Assembly (NCBI GenBank): GCA_964016885.1
Contig: OZ024741.1
Coordinates: forward strand, 224,626,001 to 224,690,000
DNA length: 64,000 bases
Reading direction: 5' to 3'
DNA from: Eledone cirrhosa
Taxonomy: Eukaryota
Below the pieces are notes generated by a model that ran no database searches, was not told where the DNA came from, and saw only the letters and a program-made list of their open reading frames with translations. This document shows, in pieces, positions 12,680-25,812 of the stretch (positions are counted from its first letter, which is position 1; every line of letters starts with the position of its first letter). Both the position numbers and the translations under genes were made by a program.

Positions 12680-15420
12680 TGGTGGTGGTGTCTTGGTGTG
12701 TTGGTTCTGGTGGTAGTGTTTGTTGTTGTTGTTAGTGATCGTAGTGGTGGTGGTAGTGGTGTTTGGTGTGTTGGTTCTGGTGTTAGTGTTTGTAGTTAGT
12801 GATGGTGGTGGTATTGGTGGAAGTAGTGGTGTTTTGGTGTGTTGGTTCTGGTTTTAGTGTTTGTTGTTAGTGATGGTGGTGGTATTGGTGGAAGTAGTGG
12901 TGTTTTGGTGTGTTGGTTCTGGTGTTAGTGTTTGTTGTTAGTGACGGTGGTGGTATTGGTGGAAGTAGTGATGTTTTGGTGTGTTGGTTCTGGTGTTAGT
13001 GTCTGTTGTTAGTGATGGTGGTGGTATTGGTGGAAGTAGTGGTGTTTTGGTGTGTTGGTTCTGGTGTTAGTGTTTGTTGTTAGTGATGGTGGTGGTATTG
13101 GTGGAAGTAGTGGTGTTTTGGTGTGTTGGTTCTGGTGTTAGTGTTTGTTGTTAGTGATGGTGGTGGTATTGGTGGAAGTAGTGGTGTTTTGGTGTGTTGG
13201 TTCTGGTGTTAGTGTTTGTTGTTAGTGATGGTGGTGGTATTGGTGGTAGTAGTGGTGTTTTGGTGTGTTGGTTCTGGTGTTAGTGTTTGTTGTTAGTGAT
13301 GGTGGTGGTATTGGTGGTAGTAGTGGTGTTTTGGTGTGTTGGTTCTGGTGTTAGTGTTTGTTGTTAGTGATGGTGGTGGTATTGGTGGAAGTAGTGGTGT
13401 TTTGGTGTGTTGGTTCTGGTTTTAGTGTTTGTTGTTAGTGATGGTGGTGGTATTGGTGGAAGTAGTGGTGTTTTGGTGTGTTGGTTCTGGTGTTAGTGTT
13501 TGTTGTTAGTGATGGTGGTGGTATTGGTGGAAGTAGTGGTGTTTTGGTGTGTTGGTTCTGGTTTTAGTGTTTGTTGTTAGTGATGGTGGTGGTATTGGTG
13601 GAAGTAGTGGTGTTTTGGTGTGTTGGTTCTGGTGCTAGTGTTTGTTGTTAGTGATGGTGGTGGTATTGGTGGAAGTAGTGGTGTTTTGGTGTGTTGGTTC
13701 TGGTGCTAGTGTTTGTTGTTAGTGATGGTGGTGGTATTGGTGGAAGTAGTGGTGTTTTGGTGTGTTGGTTCTGGTTTTAGTGTTTGTTGTTAGTGATGGT
13801 GGTGGTATTGGTGGAAGTAGTGGTGTTTTGGTGTGTTGGTTCTGGTTTTAGTGTTTGTTGTTAGTGATGGTGGTGGTATTGGTGGAAGTAGTGGTGTTTT
13901 GGTGTGTTGGTTCTGGTGCTAGTGTTTGTTGTTAGTGATGGTGGTGGTATTGGTGGAAGTAGTGGTGTTTTGGTGTGTTGGTTCTGGTGCTAGTGTTTGT
14001 TGTTAGTGATGGTGGTGGTATTGGTGGAAGTAGTGGTGTTTTGGTGTGTTGGTTCTGGTTTTAGTGTTTGTTGTTAGTGATGGTGGTGGTATTGGTGGAA
14101 GTAGTGGTGTTTTGGTGTGTTGGTTCTGGTGTTAGTGTTTGTTGTTAGTGACGGTGGTGGTATTGGTGGAAGTAGTGATGTTTTGGTGTGTTGGTTCTGG
14201 TGTTAGTGTCTGTTGTTAGTGATGGTGGTGGTATTGGTGGAAGTAGTGGTGTTTTGGTGTGTTGGTTCTGGTGTTAGTGTTTGTTGTTAGTGATGGTGGT
14301 GGTATTGGTGGAAGTAGTGGTGTTTTGGTGTGTTGGTTCTGGTGTTAGTGTTTGTTGTTAGTGATGGTGGTGGTATTGGTGGAAGTAGTGGTGTTTTGGT
14401 GTGTTGGTTCTGGTGTTAGTGTTTGTTGTTAGTGATGGTGGTGGTATTGGTGGAAGTAGTGGTGTTTTGGTGTGTTGGTTCTGGTGTTAGTGTTTGTTGT
14501 TAGTGATGGTGGTGGTATTGGTGGAAGTAGTGGTGTTTTGGTGTGTTGGTTCTGGTGTTAGTGTTTGTTGTTAGTGATGGTGGTGGTATTGGTGGAAGTA
14601 GTGGTGTTTTGGTATGTTGGTTCTGGTGTTAGTGTTTGTTGTTAGTGATGGTGGTGGTATTGGTGGTAGTAGTGGTGTTTTGGTGTGTTGGTTCTGGTGT
14701 TAGTGTTTATTGTTAGTGATGGTGGTGGTAGTGGTGGAAGTAGTGGTGTTTTGGTGTGTTGGTTCTGGTGCTAGTGTTTGTTGTTAGTGATGGTGGTGGT
14801 ATTGGTGGAAGTAGTGGTGTTTTGGTGTGTTGTTTCTGGTGTTAGTGTTTGTTGTTAGTGATGGTGGTGGTATTGGTGGAAGTTTTGGTGTGTTGGTTCT
14901 GGTGTTAGTGTTTGTTGTTAGTGATGGTGGTGGTATTGGTGGTAGTAGTGGTGTTTTGGTGTGATGGTTCTGGTGTTAGTGTTTGTTGTTAGTGATGGTG
15001 GTGGTATTGGTGGAAGTAGTGGTGTTTTGGTGTGTTGGTTCTGGTGCTAGTATTTGTTGTTAGTGATGGTGGTGGTATTGGTGGAAGTAGTGGTGTTTTG
15101 GTGTGTTGGTTCTGGTGTTAGTGTTTGTGGTTAGTGATGGTGGTGGTATTGGTGGTAGTAGTGGTGTTTTGGTGTGTTGGTTCTGGTGTTAGTGTTTGTT
15201 GTTAGTGATGGTGGTGGTATTGGTGGAAGTAGTGGTGTTTTGGTGTGTTGGTTCTGGTGCTAGTATTTGTTGTTAGTGATGGTGGTGGTATTGGTGGAAG
15301 TAGTGGTGTTTTGGTGTGTTGGTTCTGGTGTTAGTGTTTGTGGTTAGTGATGGTGGTGGTATTGGTGGAAGTAGTGGTGTTTTGGTGTGTTGGTGTGTTG
15401 GTGTTAGTGTTTGTTCTTGT
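12680..15420. repeat. 71-bp GT-rich minisatellite, about 38 copies, decaying out to ~15910
   Basis: Unit GTGGTGTTTTGGTGTGTTGGTTCTGGTGTTAGTGTTTGTTGTTAGTGATGGTGGTGGTATTGGTGGAAGTA. Period checked at 12844/12915. Confidence 0.95.
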
Positions 15421-15914
15421 AGTTGTTGTGGTATTGGTGGTGGTAGTGGCGGTGCTTTGTTGTGTTGGTTTTGGTGCTAGTGATTGTTGTTGTCGTTGTT
15501 AGTGATGGTAGTGGTATTGGTGGCAGTATTGGTGGTGGTATTGGTGGTGGTATTGGTGGTGGTAGTGGTGGTGTTTTGGTGTGATGGTTCCGGTGGTAGT
15601 GCTTGTTGTTGTTGTTAGTGATGGTAGTGGTACTGGTGGTGGTAGTGTTGGGATTTCGGTGTGTTGGTTCTGGTGCCAGTGTTTATTGTTAGTGATGGTA
15701 GTGATAGCAGTGGTATAGGTGGTAGTAGTGTTTTGTTGTATTGGTTCTGGTGCTAATGTTTTGTGTTGGTGTTGGTGGTAGTAGTGATAGTGGGACTGTT
15801 GTTGTTGGTGGTTTTAGTGTTAGTACTTATAGTGGTGTTATTGTTGTTGGTGGTGTTGATGCTGGTGATGATGATGATGGTAGTAATTGTGGTAGTGTTG
15901 GTGGTGGTGTTGGT

Positions 15915-16150
15915 GATATCTATGGTGAAGTTTATATTATTGTGCGATATCTGTGGTAAAGTCTGATCTGTTGTGTGATATCTGAAGTAAATTTTGTTGT
16001 AAAGTTTGATATCTGTGGTAAATTTTATTGTATTGTGTGATATCTGTATTAAAGTGTATTGCATTGCATGATAGCTGTGGTAAAGTCTGATCTATTGTGT
16101 GATATCTATGGTAAAGTCTATATTATTGAGCGATATCTATAATAATGTTT
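15915..16150. repeat. 31-bp diverged tandem repeat, 7-8 copies
   Basis: GATATCTGTGGTAAAGTCTGATCTGTTGTGT-like units. Confidence 0.8.
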
Positions 16151-16227
16151 ATCTATAGAGATATAAAGATATTGTTGAAGACTGTCCAAAATGGACTGTA
16201 CATTTGTATATTGTGCGAGAACCCTTT

Positions 16228-16562
16228 TGAAAAAACCCCTTCAGTCATGAATGACCATGTGATTTGCACCTAGAAAGTTTCCCTCCGAGGCACAAGTCTG
16301 TGCAAGGTTGTTTAAGGAAGACCAGTAGTTGCTTATGCATACCAGCCTCCCATCTCCACGCCACCATTGATGGCCAAGGGAAAGGCTATTTCCGATACAG
16401 CTTGGCACCAGTGGTGTCACAACTCATTTCTACAGCTGAGTAAACTGGAGCAACAGGAAATAAAATGTCTTGTTCAAGGACACAACGCATCACCCGGTCC
16501 GAGAATCGAACTCACAACCTTTTGATTGCAAGCCTAATGCTCTAACCACTAAGCCATGCACC
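16228..16562 (-). mobile_element. tRNA-derived SINE, second family
   Basis: A-box TGGCTTAGTGG, B-box GAGTTCGATTCTC, then TTGTGTCCTTGAACAAGACATTTTA (CORE/V-like domain). Confidence 0.75.
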
Positions 16563-16644
16563 TTCCCATAAACCCATAAACGTGGTAATAAGGGAAAACA
16601 GAAACTGTTACTATGGTAACGAGAAATACAAAGATATAGCTTAC

Positions 16645-17142
16645 CAACATTGCCAGTGTGTTGTGGTGACAATCCACCGTTTCCCAATGGATTTAGGTGA
16701 TCAACCTCAGCTCTAAACTCAGGAGTACTTGGTGTGGGAATAACTAGGACTCCAGCACCCATATTATTGATATTTGTTCTAAATATAGTAGTAGTAGACG
16801 TAGTAGTAGTAGCAGCAGTCGTTGTTGTAGTTACAGTTGTTGTTGAGGGTGACGTAGTTGATAATGGCGGCACCGTTCTTCTCCCTTCCTTATGAAATGG
16901 TCTCATAGTCAATGTTTCTTTCTTTCTGTATAATGGATCACGGTTCTTGGAATGTCTTCCTGAACCTCTACCTCTTCCTTCTCCTCTGCCACCATCGTAC
17001 TCCTCTTTAACTCTCGGCTCAATTGGTTGCTGATGTTGGTGGGGATGCTGATGAAGATGGTGATGGGGTTGCCGAGGTTGTGAGTTAATGTTTGTTTCTG
17101 GAAACTTTCTGCTCAATTCGTTCTTAAGTATACGTTTTGGTG
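16645..17142 (-). CDS. EVA1C: EVA1C-like exon encoding an extracellular His/Gln-, Gly/Arg- and Thr-rich stalk
   Basis: tttcaattcag|CA...GTTG|gtaagc, 498 nt, phase 1-1. Joins as C-APKRIL, compare C-VPK-x-IL after SUEL2 in EVA-1 proteins. Open throughout. Confidence 0.82.
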
Positions 17143-17369
17143 CTGAATTGAAATAAAGAGAAAAATTGCATGAAGAAAGCATTTGAAAAAGGTTAGGACA
17201 GATAAAAAGGAATCAACTCCATGCATATTGATAGATGGTTAGCTAACTAGTTAGTTAAATAAAGAGAAAGGTAGATATAGATTTAAAGATATAATAGAAA
17301 GACAGTCAGACTGATGGGCAACTCAAGAAGAGATACTTATACACACTCATATATATATGTATATGTGTA

Positions 17370-17438
<69 letters not shown>

Positions 17439-17440
<2 letters not shown>

Positions 17441-19054
17441 CATCATCATCATCATCATCACCGTTTTACGTCCGTTCTTCCACGCTAGCATGGGTTAGAC
17501 GGGTTGTCCTGTTGTGGGCAGTGTCTGGTCGGCTGACCATGCCTTGCTCATACAGGAACTGATCTGGCTTGATTTCTACAGCTGGATGCCCTTCCTAACA
17601 CCAACCTCATTTACAGTGAGTGCTGGGTGCTTTTTCGTGGCGCCTACACGTCCACTTTACAGTGTGGGCTGGGTGCTTTTTTTGCCGTGGCACCTCCACG
17701 ACCACCTTGCGGTGGGGGGGGGGGGCATATTGTTTATATGCTTCAGCATGTACCCATGGGAGGTCGGGTACCCTGTATTACTGCGTGACGCCAGAAGTCA
17801 CGGTCGTGTGTCATTGACTTTGAGAGGTGTAGTTGGGTAAGGTCGGCTTTTATCACCTCATCCCAAGTCATCTTGGGTCTCCCCACTCCGCGGTTTCCAT
17901 CAACTTCTAGTGCTCTGCACCTTTTTATGCAGCTGTCATCCTTCATACGCATCACATGTCCATACCAGCGTAACCGCCTCTCCTGCACGCAGCATTTGAT
18001 TCCTCTTATGCTCAGTCTCTCTCTCAATTCATTTATGCTTTGTCGTTCACGTATATTACTGTTACACATCCATCGGAGCATGCAGGCTTCGTTTCTCTCT
18101 AATCTACGTAAGTCTTCCACCTTCAGCGCCCAGGTCTCACTACCATGCAACATCGCTGTTCGGATACACGCATCATACAGTCTGCCTTTCATTCTGAGGG
18201 AGAAGCCTTTTGCAGCTAGCAGTGGTAGTAGTTCCCTAAACTTCTTCCATCCCGTTCTTACCCTAGTTATTGTACTTTCTGAGCACCCACCTCCGTTGCT
18301 AATTCGGTCACCTAGGTAGCAGAAGCTGTCTACTGTTTCTACAGGGCCCTCCCAGAGATTGGTGGTACTTGTTTCCTGTGGCTGTTTGCTTGCTGTTTCA
18401 GCACAGCTGCTGCATGTGAATCCTACATTCTTAATTAAGCTTCCTGAGATCCCGCTACATCTCTTGTGTACCCATTGTTTGCATTTGGGGCAAAGAATGG
18501 AGTTCCTACCTACACCTTTCCTACATACTGAGCAAGGCCATTTCCCTGAGGGGATCTGGGTTCTGTTTTCTCGTCTACTTATAAGGACCTTAGTCTTTGT
18601 CATGTTGACTTTGAGGCCCTTTCTCTCTAGTCCCTGCTTCCAGGTTTGGAATTTATTCTCTAGTTCTACCATAGATTCAGCTATGAGTGCGAGGTCATCA
18701 GCATACAGGAGTTCCCATGGGCATCCGGTCTTAAACTCCTCCGTTATTGCCTGCAGGACTATGATGAACAGGAGAGGGCTAAGAACAGAGCCCTGGTGGA
18801 CCCCAACCTGTACGCTAAATTCCTCGCTATACTCATTGCCAATCCTAACTTTGCTGACTGCTCCCCTATACATGGCTTGTACCGCTTTCACAAGCCATTC
18901 ATCTACTCCTAGTTTTCTAAGAGCCCACCAGATTACTGCACGTGGAACTCTGTCAAAGGCTTTCTCAAGGTCGACAAATGCCAAGTAGAGTGGCTTACTT
19001 TTAGCTAGGTACTTTTCCTGTAATTGCCTCACAAGGAAGAGCGCATCAGTGGTG

Positions 19055-19056
<2 letters not shown>
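17439..19056 (-). mobile_element. RTE LINE, 5'-truncated copy (subfamily A, like the 1-2740 copy)
   Basis: Uninterrupted ORF 17743-19032, (CAT)n tail at 17439-17461, long (TA)n on both flanks. Confidence 0.95.
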
Positions 19057-19150
<94 letters not shown>

Positions 19151-19275
19151 GGAGGTGAGTTTTATTGTAGTACAATAAAGCAATGCAGATATCGGATAAG
19201 AAGCACTCTACAGTTTGTAGGACTGGAGTATACATAATATATAAGAACAAAAGATGGTTAAAAGAGTTCCATGTA

Positions 19276-19342
19276 TTTTATTATGCGCATTTCAAAAACA
19301 AATATCATCATGCAATAATTTTTGTGCCTTCATCAGATAAAA
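19276..19342 (-). ncRNA. Type I hammerhead ribozyme motif (family A, inverted copy)
   Basis: Reverse complement reads ttttat-CTGATGA-helix II-GAAA-TGCGCA-TA-ataaaa. Confidence 0.82.
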
Positions 19343-19463
19343 CAGGAAGACATGACATGAAGGTTAAAAAACACCTGTGGATAGTGCAGTTCTAAGTTTC
19401 ATATGTTGATTTAGAACTGCACTATCCACAGGTGTTTTTTAACCTTCATGTCATGTCTTCCTG

Positions 19464-19530
19464 TTTTATCTGATGAAGGCACAAATATTATTGCATGATG
19501 ATATTTGTTTTTGAAATGCGCATAATAAAA
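19464..19530 (+). ncRNA. Type I hammerhead ribozyme motif (family A)
   Basis: Helix I ttttat/ataaaa, CTGATGA 19470-19476, helix II acaaatatta/tgatatttgt, GAAA 19513-19516, palindromic ATGCGCAT, UA cleavage doublet. Confidence 0.85.
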
Positions 19531-19593
19531 TACATATGTTGATTTAAAACTGCACTATCCACAAGTGTTTTTAACCTTCATATCATGTCTTCC

Positions 19594-19664
19594 TATTTTA
19601 TCTGATGAAAACACAAATATTATTGCATGATGATATTTGTTTTTGAAATGCGCATAATAAAATA
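19594..19664 (+). ncRNA. Type I hammerhead ribozyme motif (family A, tandem copy)
   Basis: tattttat-CTGATGA(19602)...GAAA(19645)-TGCGCA-TA-ataaaata. Confidence 0.85.
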
Positions 19665-19694
19665 CATGGAACTCTTTTAACCATCTTTTGATCT

Positions 19695-19741
<47 letters not shown>

Positions 19742-19820
19742 CATGTGTGTGTGTGTGTTTATATATATAATTGACAGGAGGCCAGATTGGTGAAATTCCT
19801 TTAAAGTTTTATTTTTGCAG

Positions 19821-19874
19821 ACACTATATATATATTTCAATGGCCTGTAGAATCCCAGCGACATCATCAGGTGT
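19821..19874 (-). ncRNA. Type I hammerhead ribozyme motif
   Basis: Reverse complement: acac-CTGATGA-tgtcgctgggattctacaggccatt-GAAA-TATATATA-TA-gtgt. Confidence 0.72.
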
Positions 19875-20673
19875 ATTGCATAACAGTTATAAAGGAATTA
19901 TGGTAAACACAAATTGAGAGGGTACAAGTAGAGAACACGTTGAAAATAAGAAATACTTGATTCAGGGACGGCCTCTGCCCATGTGTAGTCGGTTAGATTG
20001 GCCGCCTCTGAATAAATAGGTTTGTTAATGCAAGCAATGTCAGTTTGGTAAGTGGGAGTGGGCTTGTATACATTCCGTGTTTACAAATACTACGATGTCA
20101 TTTTATTCAATAATAATTAACTTCACTAGCAGAAAAACCACCCTTTGAGTGGTTTTCTGCTAGCATGTGTAGTGTGTATATTGATATTACACGCACATAT
20201 GTATGTAGATATGATACATCAAATAAAATTGTAATTGACAATATGCACAGAAATTGAAGAGAGACTGTGTTACACTGTCTTCTGTAATCAGTAAAGTAAT
20301 CCATGATACATTTATATATGATCAGTAAAGTAATATAATGATATATTCACAGAAATTGAAGAGAGACTGTGTTACACTATCTTCTGTAATCAGTAAAGTA
20401 ATCCATGATACATTTATATATAAACTGCATTACAGTGAAATGTAATGAAAACGAAAAAGGAGAAAATTAGCGACGGAAATATAAACGTTATGATATAACG
20501 ATGCAAATATATGAATGTTTATATAAGCGATATGTGATATAGCATACATTATATCATAACCATGAATCTTAAAATAAGCAATCATTATATATAAGAATAT
20601 TTATGCTTAATCAACAGTTACGAAATTTAGTAGATAAATTATGTAATATTCATTCATTATTTATTCAAAGTAA

Positions 20674-20860
20674 GGTGGATTGGCAGTATTGGTAGAGGGT
20701 CGGACGCCATGCTTTGACGCAAAGAGTTACGGCCCTTTCCATTCTGAGTTCAAATCCCGCCGAGGTTAACTTTGCCTTTCATCCTTACGGGGTCGATAAA
20801 ATAAAGTACCAGTAATACACTGGGTAATTGCTGGCCTTTTGCCAAAAGTAGAAACAATTA
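20674..20860 (+). mobile_element. tRNA-derived SINE (main family) with 18-bp target-site duplication
   Basis: Nearly identical to the 5184 copy. TSD ATTATTTATTCAAAGTAA at 20656-20673 and 20857-20874. Confidence 0.9.
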
Positions 20861-21771
20861 TTTATTCAAAGTAATCCAACTGATTTTACTAACGGGATAG
20901 AGAAATATATTCAGGACACAGTCCCACACTTCTCCCTTTATTATTAACTTCATTTCCACACCACCAACAGAATCTAACATCAAAGATGGATGAGCCGGGT
21001 TACGTTGAGTGCTTTTCCTACTATTGCATCATGGTTAACTATACAGAATGACCAGTGGTGAACCACCGAACTTCAATGAATATATATATATATATATATA
21101 TAGTGGAACTGAATTTCGTAATAGATATCTGAAGCTGGTTAGAGCACTCAATCTAAGGGAAGAGTTGTGTTATAGAGTTATTTATTACATCAACAAAACA
21201 TGCTTAGAGACACTCATGTTTCGTTGAACTTCATCAAGTTGGACTTTGTCGAATTGAACTTTGTCAAACTGAACTTCGTCAATTTAATGTAGTAAAATCC
21301 TCAGTCTGGCCATCTTCAATTAAAGAGAAAAGAACGAACACATCCATTCCTAGATAGTCAGACTGAGGATTTGACTGAGTTAAATTGATGAAGTTCAACT
21401 TGATGTAGTCCTTGAAATACGTATAGCATGTTTTGTTGACCAGCATATGTTCTATTTCACAAGATATTCCCAACATCTCACTGATTATTCCTGATATTCC
21501 AACTGTTTTGCTTGCTTCATCTCCTTAATGGTGACTTTGATCATATAGCTGTTAATTTAACTAGCTGGTCCACCACTTGGGACCCTCTCTCTTCCACAAA
21601 TCCTCCTCATTCAGCACACTTTCATAATAACATTTCCATTTCTTTTTTCTTTTTGGTCTTATGAACTGCACTTGATAAACACATGCACATATATTCATAT
21701 ATCTGATTACAGATGAGTTAGAAGGAAAAGAATAATAATATAGAAGAGAAAATAATGAATGAAGATCTTAC

Positions 21772-21915
21772 CACAGGTGTAAACAATTTCTAAATATTTC
21801 TGGGAGCTGGCAGGACAGTAATTCTCAAATGTACTACTATCCACTTGAATTGGACAGTGTTTCCGTCCCTGGCAGTCTTGTATGGCCTGTTCTGCTGCAT
21901 GTGGTGTATTGCAAT
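21772..21915 (-). CDS. EVA1C: EVA1C-like exon (C-half of SUEL domain 2)
   Basis: cctttcag|AT...TGTG|gtaag, 144 nt, phase 1-1. Reads NCNTPHAAEQAIQDCQGRKHCPIQVDSSTFENYCPASSQKYLEIVYTC. Absent from the ORF track. Confidence 0.9.
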
Positions 21916-22399
21916 CTGAAAGGTAACATGGAAGATTTCATAGATCAATACAACACATAGCTATGTAACACTGGTCATGTCAGGACTGGATTAAACCATT
22001 AAGTAAAATAAGCACATGCTTAGGGCATCAAAGAAAGAGAGCCACCATTTTATTCAAATTAATTGTATTTGTCATTCCCTGCCAAATGTTTTATACAGAC
22101 TTTATATATGGATGGCACCATAAAACTTTAAGTGCTTAGGGCCCCAAAAGGACTAAATCTGGCCATGTAAAGGTATTACTATAGTGTTACACTGATATAA
22201 ATAACACATCATAACAAGAGTGTCAGACTGTAACAAATCTAGACATACTGTATCTTAAAAGGAACAAGATAGTGATGGCTAGAATGATTGTGATCATAAA
22301 TATGTTTGATGAGGATGAATTAAAAACTACATCAACTCTTCACCACCTTCCTAAGTATATATGAGCAGTAACTGTCATAGTAATGGTAGAAGAGAAAGG

Positions 22400-23605
22400 G
22401 ATTACTGCAGTAACAGATTTCACTATAGTAACATCAGATGTCACTACTATAAGACTAGATGTTACTATTGTAACATCAGATGTAAGTATTGTAACACCAG
22501 ATGTAACAACAGTAACATCAAATGTCACTACAATAACACCAGATGTCACTACAGTAACACCAGATGTCACTACAGTAACACCAGATGTCACTACAGTAAC
22601 ACCAGATGTCACTACACTACACCAGATGTCACTATTGTAACACCAGATGTAACAACAGTAACACCAGATGTCACTACAGTAACACCAGATGTAACAGCAG
22701 TAACACTAGATGTAACAGCAGTAACACTAGATGTAACTACAGTAACACCAGATGTTGCTATAGTAACACTACAGTAACACCAGATGTCAATGCTGTAACA
22801 CCACAGTAACACCAGATGCCACTAAACTAACACCATATGTTACTATTGTAACATCAGATGTCACAACAGTAACACCAGATGTCACAACAGTAACACCAGA
22901 TGTCACAACAGTAACACCAGATGTCACTACAGTAACTAGAATAACACCAGATGTCACTACAGTAACTAGAATAACACCAGATGTCACTATAGGAACTAGA
23001 GTAACACCAGATGTCACTACAGTAACACCAGATTTTACTACAGTAATACCATATGTCATTACACTAACACCAGATTCACTACAGTAACACCAGATGTAAC
23101 TATAGTAACACCAGATGTCGCCACAATAATACCAGATGTCACAACAGTAACACCAGATGTCACCACAGTAACACCAGACTCACAACAGTAACACCAGATG
23201 TCACTACAATAACACCAGATGTAATAATAGTAACATCAGATGTCACAACGGTAACACCAGATGTCACTTCAGTAACACCAGATGTAACAACAGTAACACC
23301 AGCTGTAACAACAGTAACACCAGATGTCACAATAGTATCACCAGATGTTACTCCAGTAACACCAGATGTCACTAGAGTAACACCAGATGTAACTTCAGTA
23401 ACACCAGATGTAACAATAGTAACACCAGATGTAACAATAGTAACACCAGATGTAACAACAGTAACACTAGATGTAACAACAGTAACACTAGATGTACAAC
23501 CGTAACATCCGATGTCACTACAGTAACACCAGATGTAACAACAGTAACACCAGATGTAACTTCAGTAACACCAGATGTACCAATAGTACACCAGATGTCA
23601 CAACG
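22400..23605. repeat. 21-bp minisatellite (ACAGTAACACCAGATGTCACT), more than 50 copies
   Basis: Direct reading. Produces spurious TPDVTTV/TSGVTVV ORFs broken by indels. Confidence 0.95.
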
Positions 23606-23645
23606 GAAGTCTACAGAATAGTTTCCAATGAAACAGTATACTAAC

Positions 23646-23795
23646 TATGCAAAGAATCCGATTCCAATTTGGAACAGTTGGTTTTAAGAGATGGAAAATG
23701 CCGGAACATGGCGTAGTAGACAATAATTCTGCTGGAACGTCGACATGTTAGATTGATCTTCTCATCTTCACAGGCCAGATTACGGTGGAATTCAG
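23646..23795 (-). CDS. EVA1C: EVA1C-like exon (N-half of SUEL domain 2)
   Basis: ttttccag|CT...CATA|gttagt, 150 nt, phase 1-1. Reads TEFHRNLACEDEKINLTCRRSSRIIVYYAMFRHFPSLKTNCSKLESDSLH. Confidence 0.88.
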
Positions 23796-24849
23796 CTGGA
23801 AAATATAATGAGAGTACTATTTGAAACATGGCTTATATCACTCTCTTACCTATATAGTGTTTCATGTTCTATTGTAACACACACCGTCACACACACTGTT
23901 ACACACACACTGCCACACGCACACACGCCGTCACACACACACACACACTGTCACACGCACACACACTCCGTCACACACACGCTGTCACACACACACACAC
24001 ACCCCGTCACGCACACACACCGTCACACACCACACACACACACATCATCACACACCGCACACACACACACACCGTCACACACACACTGTTACACACACAC
24101 TGCCACACGCACACACCCCGTCACACACACACACACACACTGTCACACGCACACACACTCCGTCACACACACGCTGTCACACACACACACACACCCCGTC
24201 ACGCACACACACCGTCACACCACACACACACACATCATCATCACACACCGCATACACACACACCGTCACACACACACACTGTTACACACACCATCACATA
24301 CACACACACCGTCATATAACACTCTCTTTCTCACATGCACACATTCACATCCACACCCACACTGTCTCACTTTCTTCTGCCATACACACATATACACTCA
24401 CACACATACATACACATACACACACACATGTATAAACGCACAAGCATACACACACACACAGACACACAGACACACACAAAGTGTCTCACTTTCTCCACTC
24501 ATACACACACATATACACAGACACATAGATACATATATCCACTCACAGACACACAAATGCACACACACGGACACACATAAACTATCTTACTTTCTCCTGT
24601 CACACATATGTACACACTTAGATACACACACAGGCACACACACACATACACACTGACACACACACATACATACGTGCACATACATGCACAAATACACATA
24701 TCTGAGTTCAAAACCTGTAATGGTCAATTTTGTCTTTTGTCTTTTCTTACAGAAGATTTTGAGCTCCAATTCTGCTTATATTCTGATGGTCAGTGCTAAC
24801 CCCTTCAAAGTTGAGTACTTAGCACAAACAACATTATCTAGTTATTTAA

Positions 24850-25812
24850 GTGATAGCTGTTCTACAGGTTATGTCACAGCTAAGTAGTTAGTAATAAGTT
24901 ATGTCACAGTTGAGTAGATAGTAATAAGTTATGTTAACTTGTACAGGTTATGTCACAGTAGAGTAGTTAGTAATAATATATGTTAACCTGATCTTCTGGT
25001 TATGTCACAGTTGAGTTGTTAGTAATAATATATGTTAACCTGATCTTCTGGTTATGTCACAGTTGAGTTGTTAGTAATAATATATGTTAACCTATTTTAC
25101 TGGTTATGTCACAGTTAAGTAGTTAGTAATAAGTTATGTCACAGCTGAGTAGTTAGTAATAAGTTATGTCATAGTTGAGTAGTTAGTAATAAGTTATGTT
25201 AACCTGTTCTACTGGCTATGTCACAGTTGAGTAGTTAGCAATAACATATGTTAACTTGTTCTACTGGTTATGTCACAGTTGAGTAGTTAGCAATAACATA
25301 TGTTAACTTGTTCTACTGGTTATGTCACAGTTGAGTAGTTAGCAATAACATATGTTAACTTGTTCTACTGGTTATGTCACAGTTGAGTAGTTAGCAATAA
25401 CATATGTTAACTTGTTCTACTGGTTATGTCACAGTTGAGTAGTTAATAATAACATGTGTTAACCTGTTCTACTGGTTATGTCACAGTTGAGTAGTTAATA
25501 ATAACATGTGTTAACCTGTTCTACTGGTTATGTCACAGTTGAGTAGTTAATAATAACATGTGTTAACCTGTTGTACTGGTTATGTCACAGTTGAGTAGTT
25601 AATAATAAGTTATGTTCAACTGTTGTACTGTTTATGTCACAGTTGAGTAGTTAATAATAAGTTATGTTCAACTGTTGTACTGGTTATGTCACAGTTGAGT
25701 AGTTAGCAATAAGATATGTTAACCTCATCTTCTGGTTATGTCACAGTTGAGTAGTTAGTAATAACATATGTCAACTTGTTCAACTGGTTATGTCACAGTT
25801 GAGTAGTTAGCA
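24850..25812. repeat. 52-bp minisatellite with 30-bp variant units
   Basis: GGTTATGTCACAGTTGAGTAGTTAGCAATAACATATGTTAACTTGTTCTACT. Period checked at 25266/25318. Confidence 0.92.

Noticed and set aside
16495-16562. Possible tRNA gene
   Set aside because: A and B boxes are present, but the sequence continues into a SINE body with no acceptor stem or terminator.
306-18988. Plus-strand ORFs overlapping RTE copies (306, 7552, 7966, 8975, 9389, 17873, 18359)
   Set aside because: Antisense shadows of the RT frame with no independent motifs.
22340-23605. 21-bp array as a mucin-like coding exon or a CRISPR array
   Set aside because: Frames are broken by indels, there are no unique spacers or cas genes, the context is eukaryotic, and the flanking exons join in frame without it.
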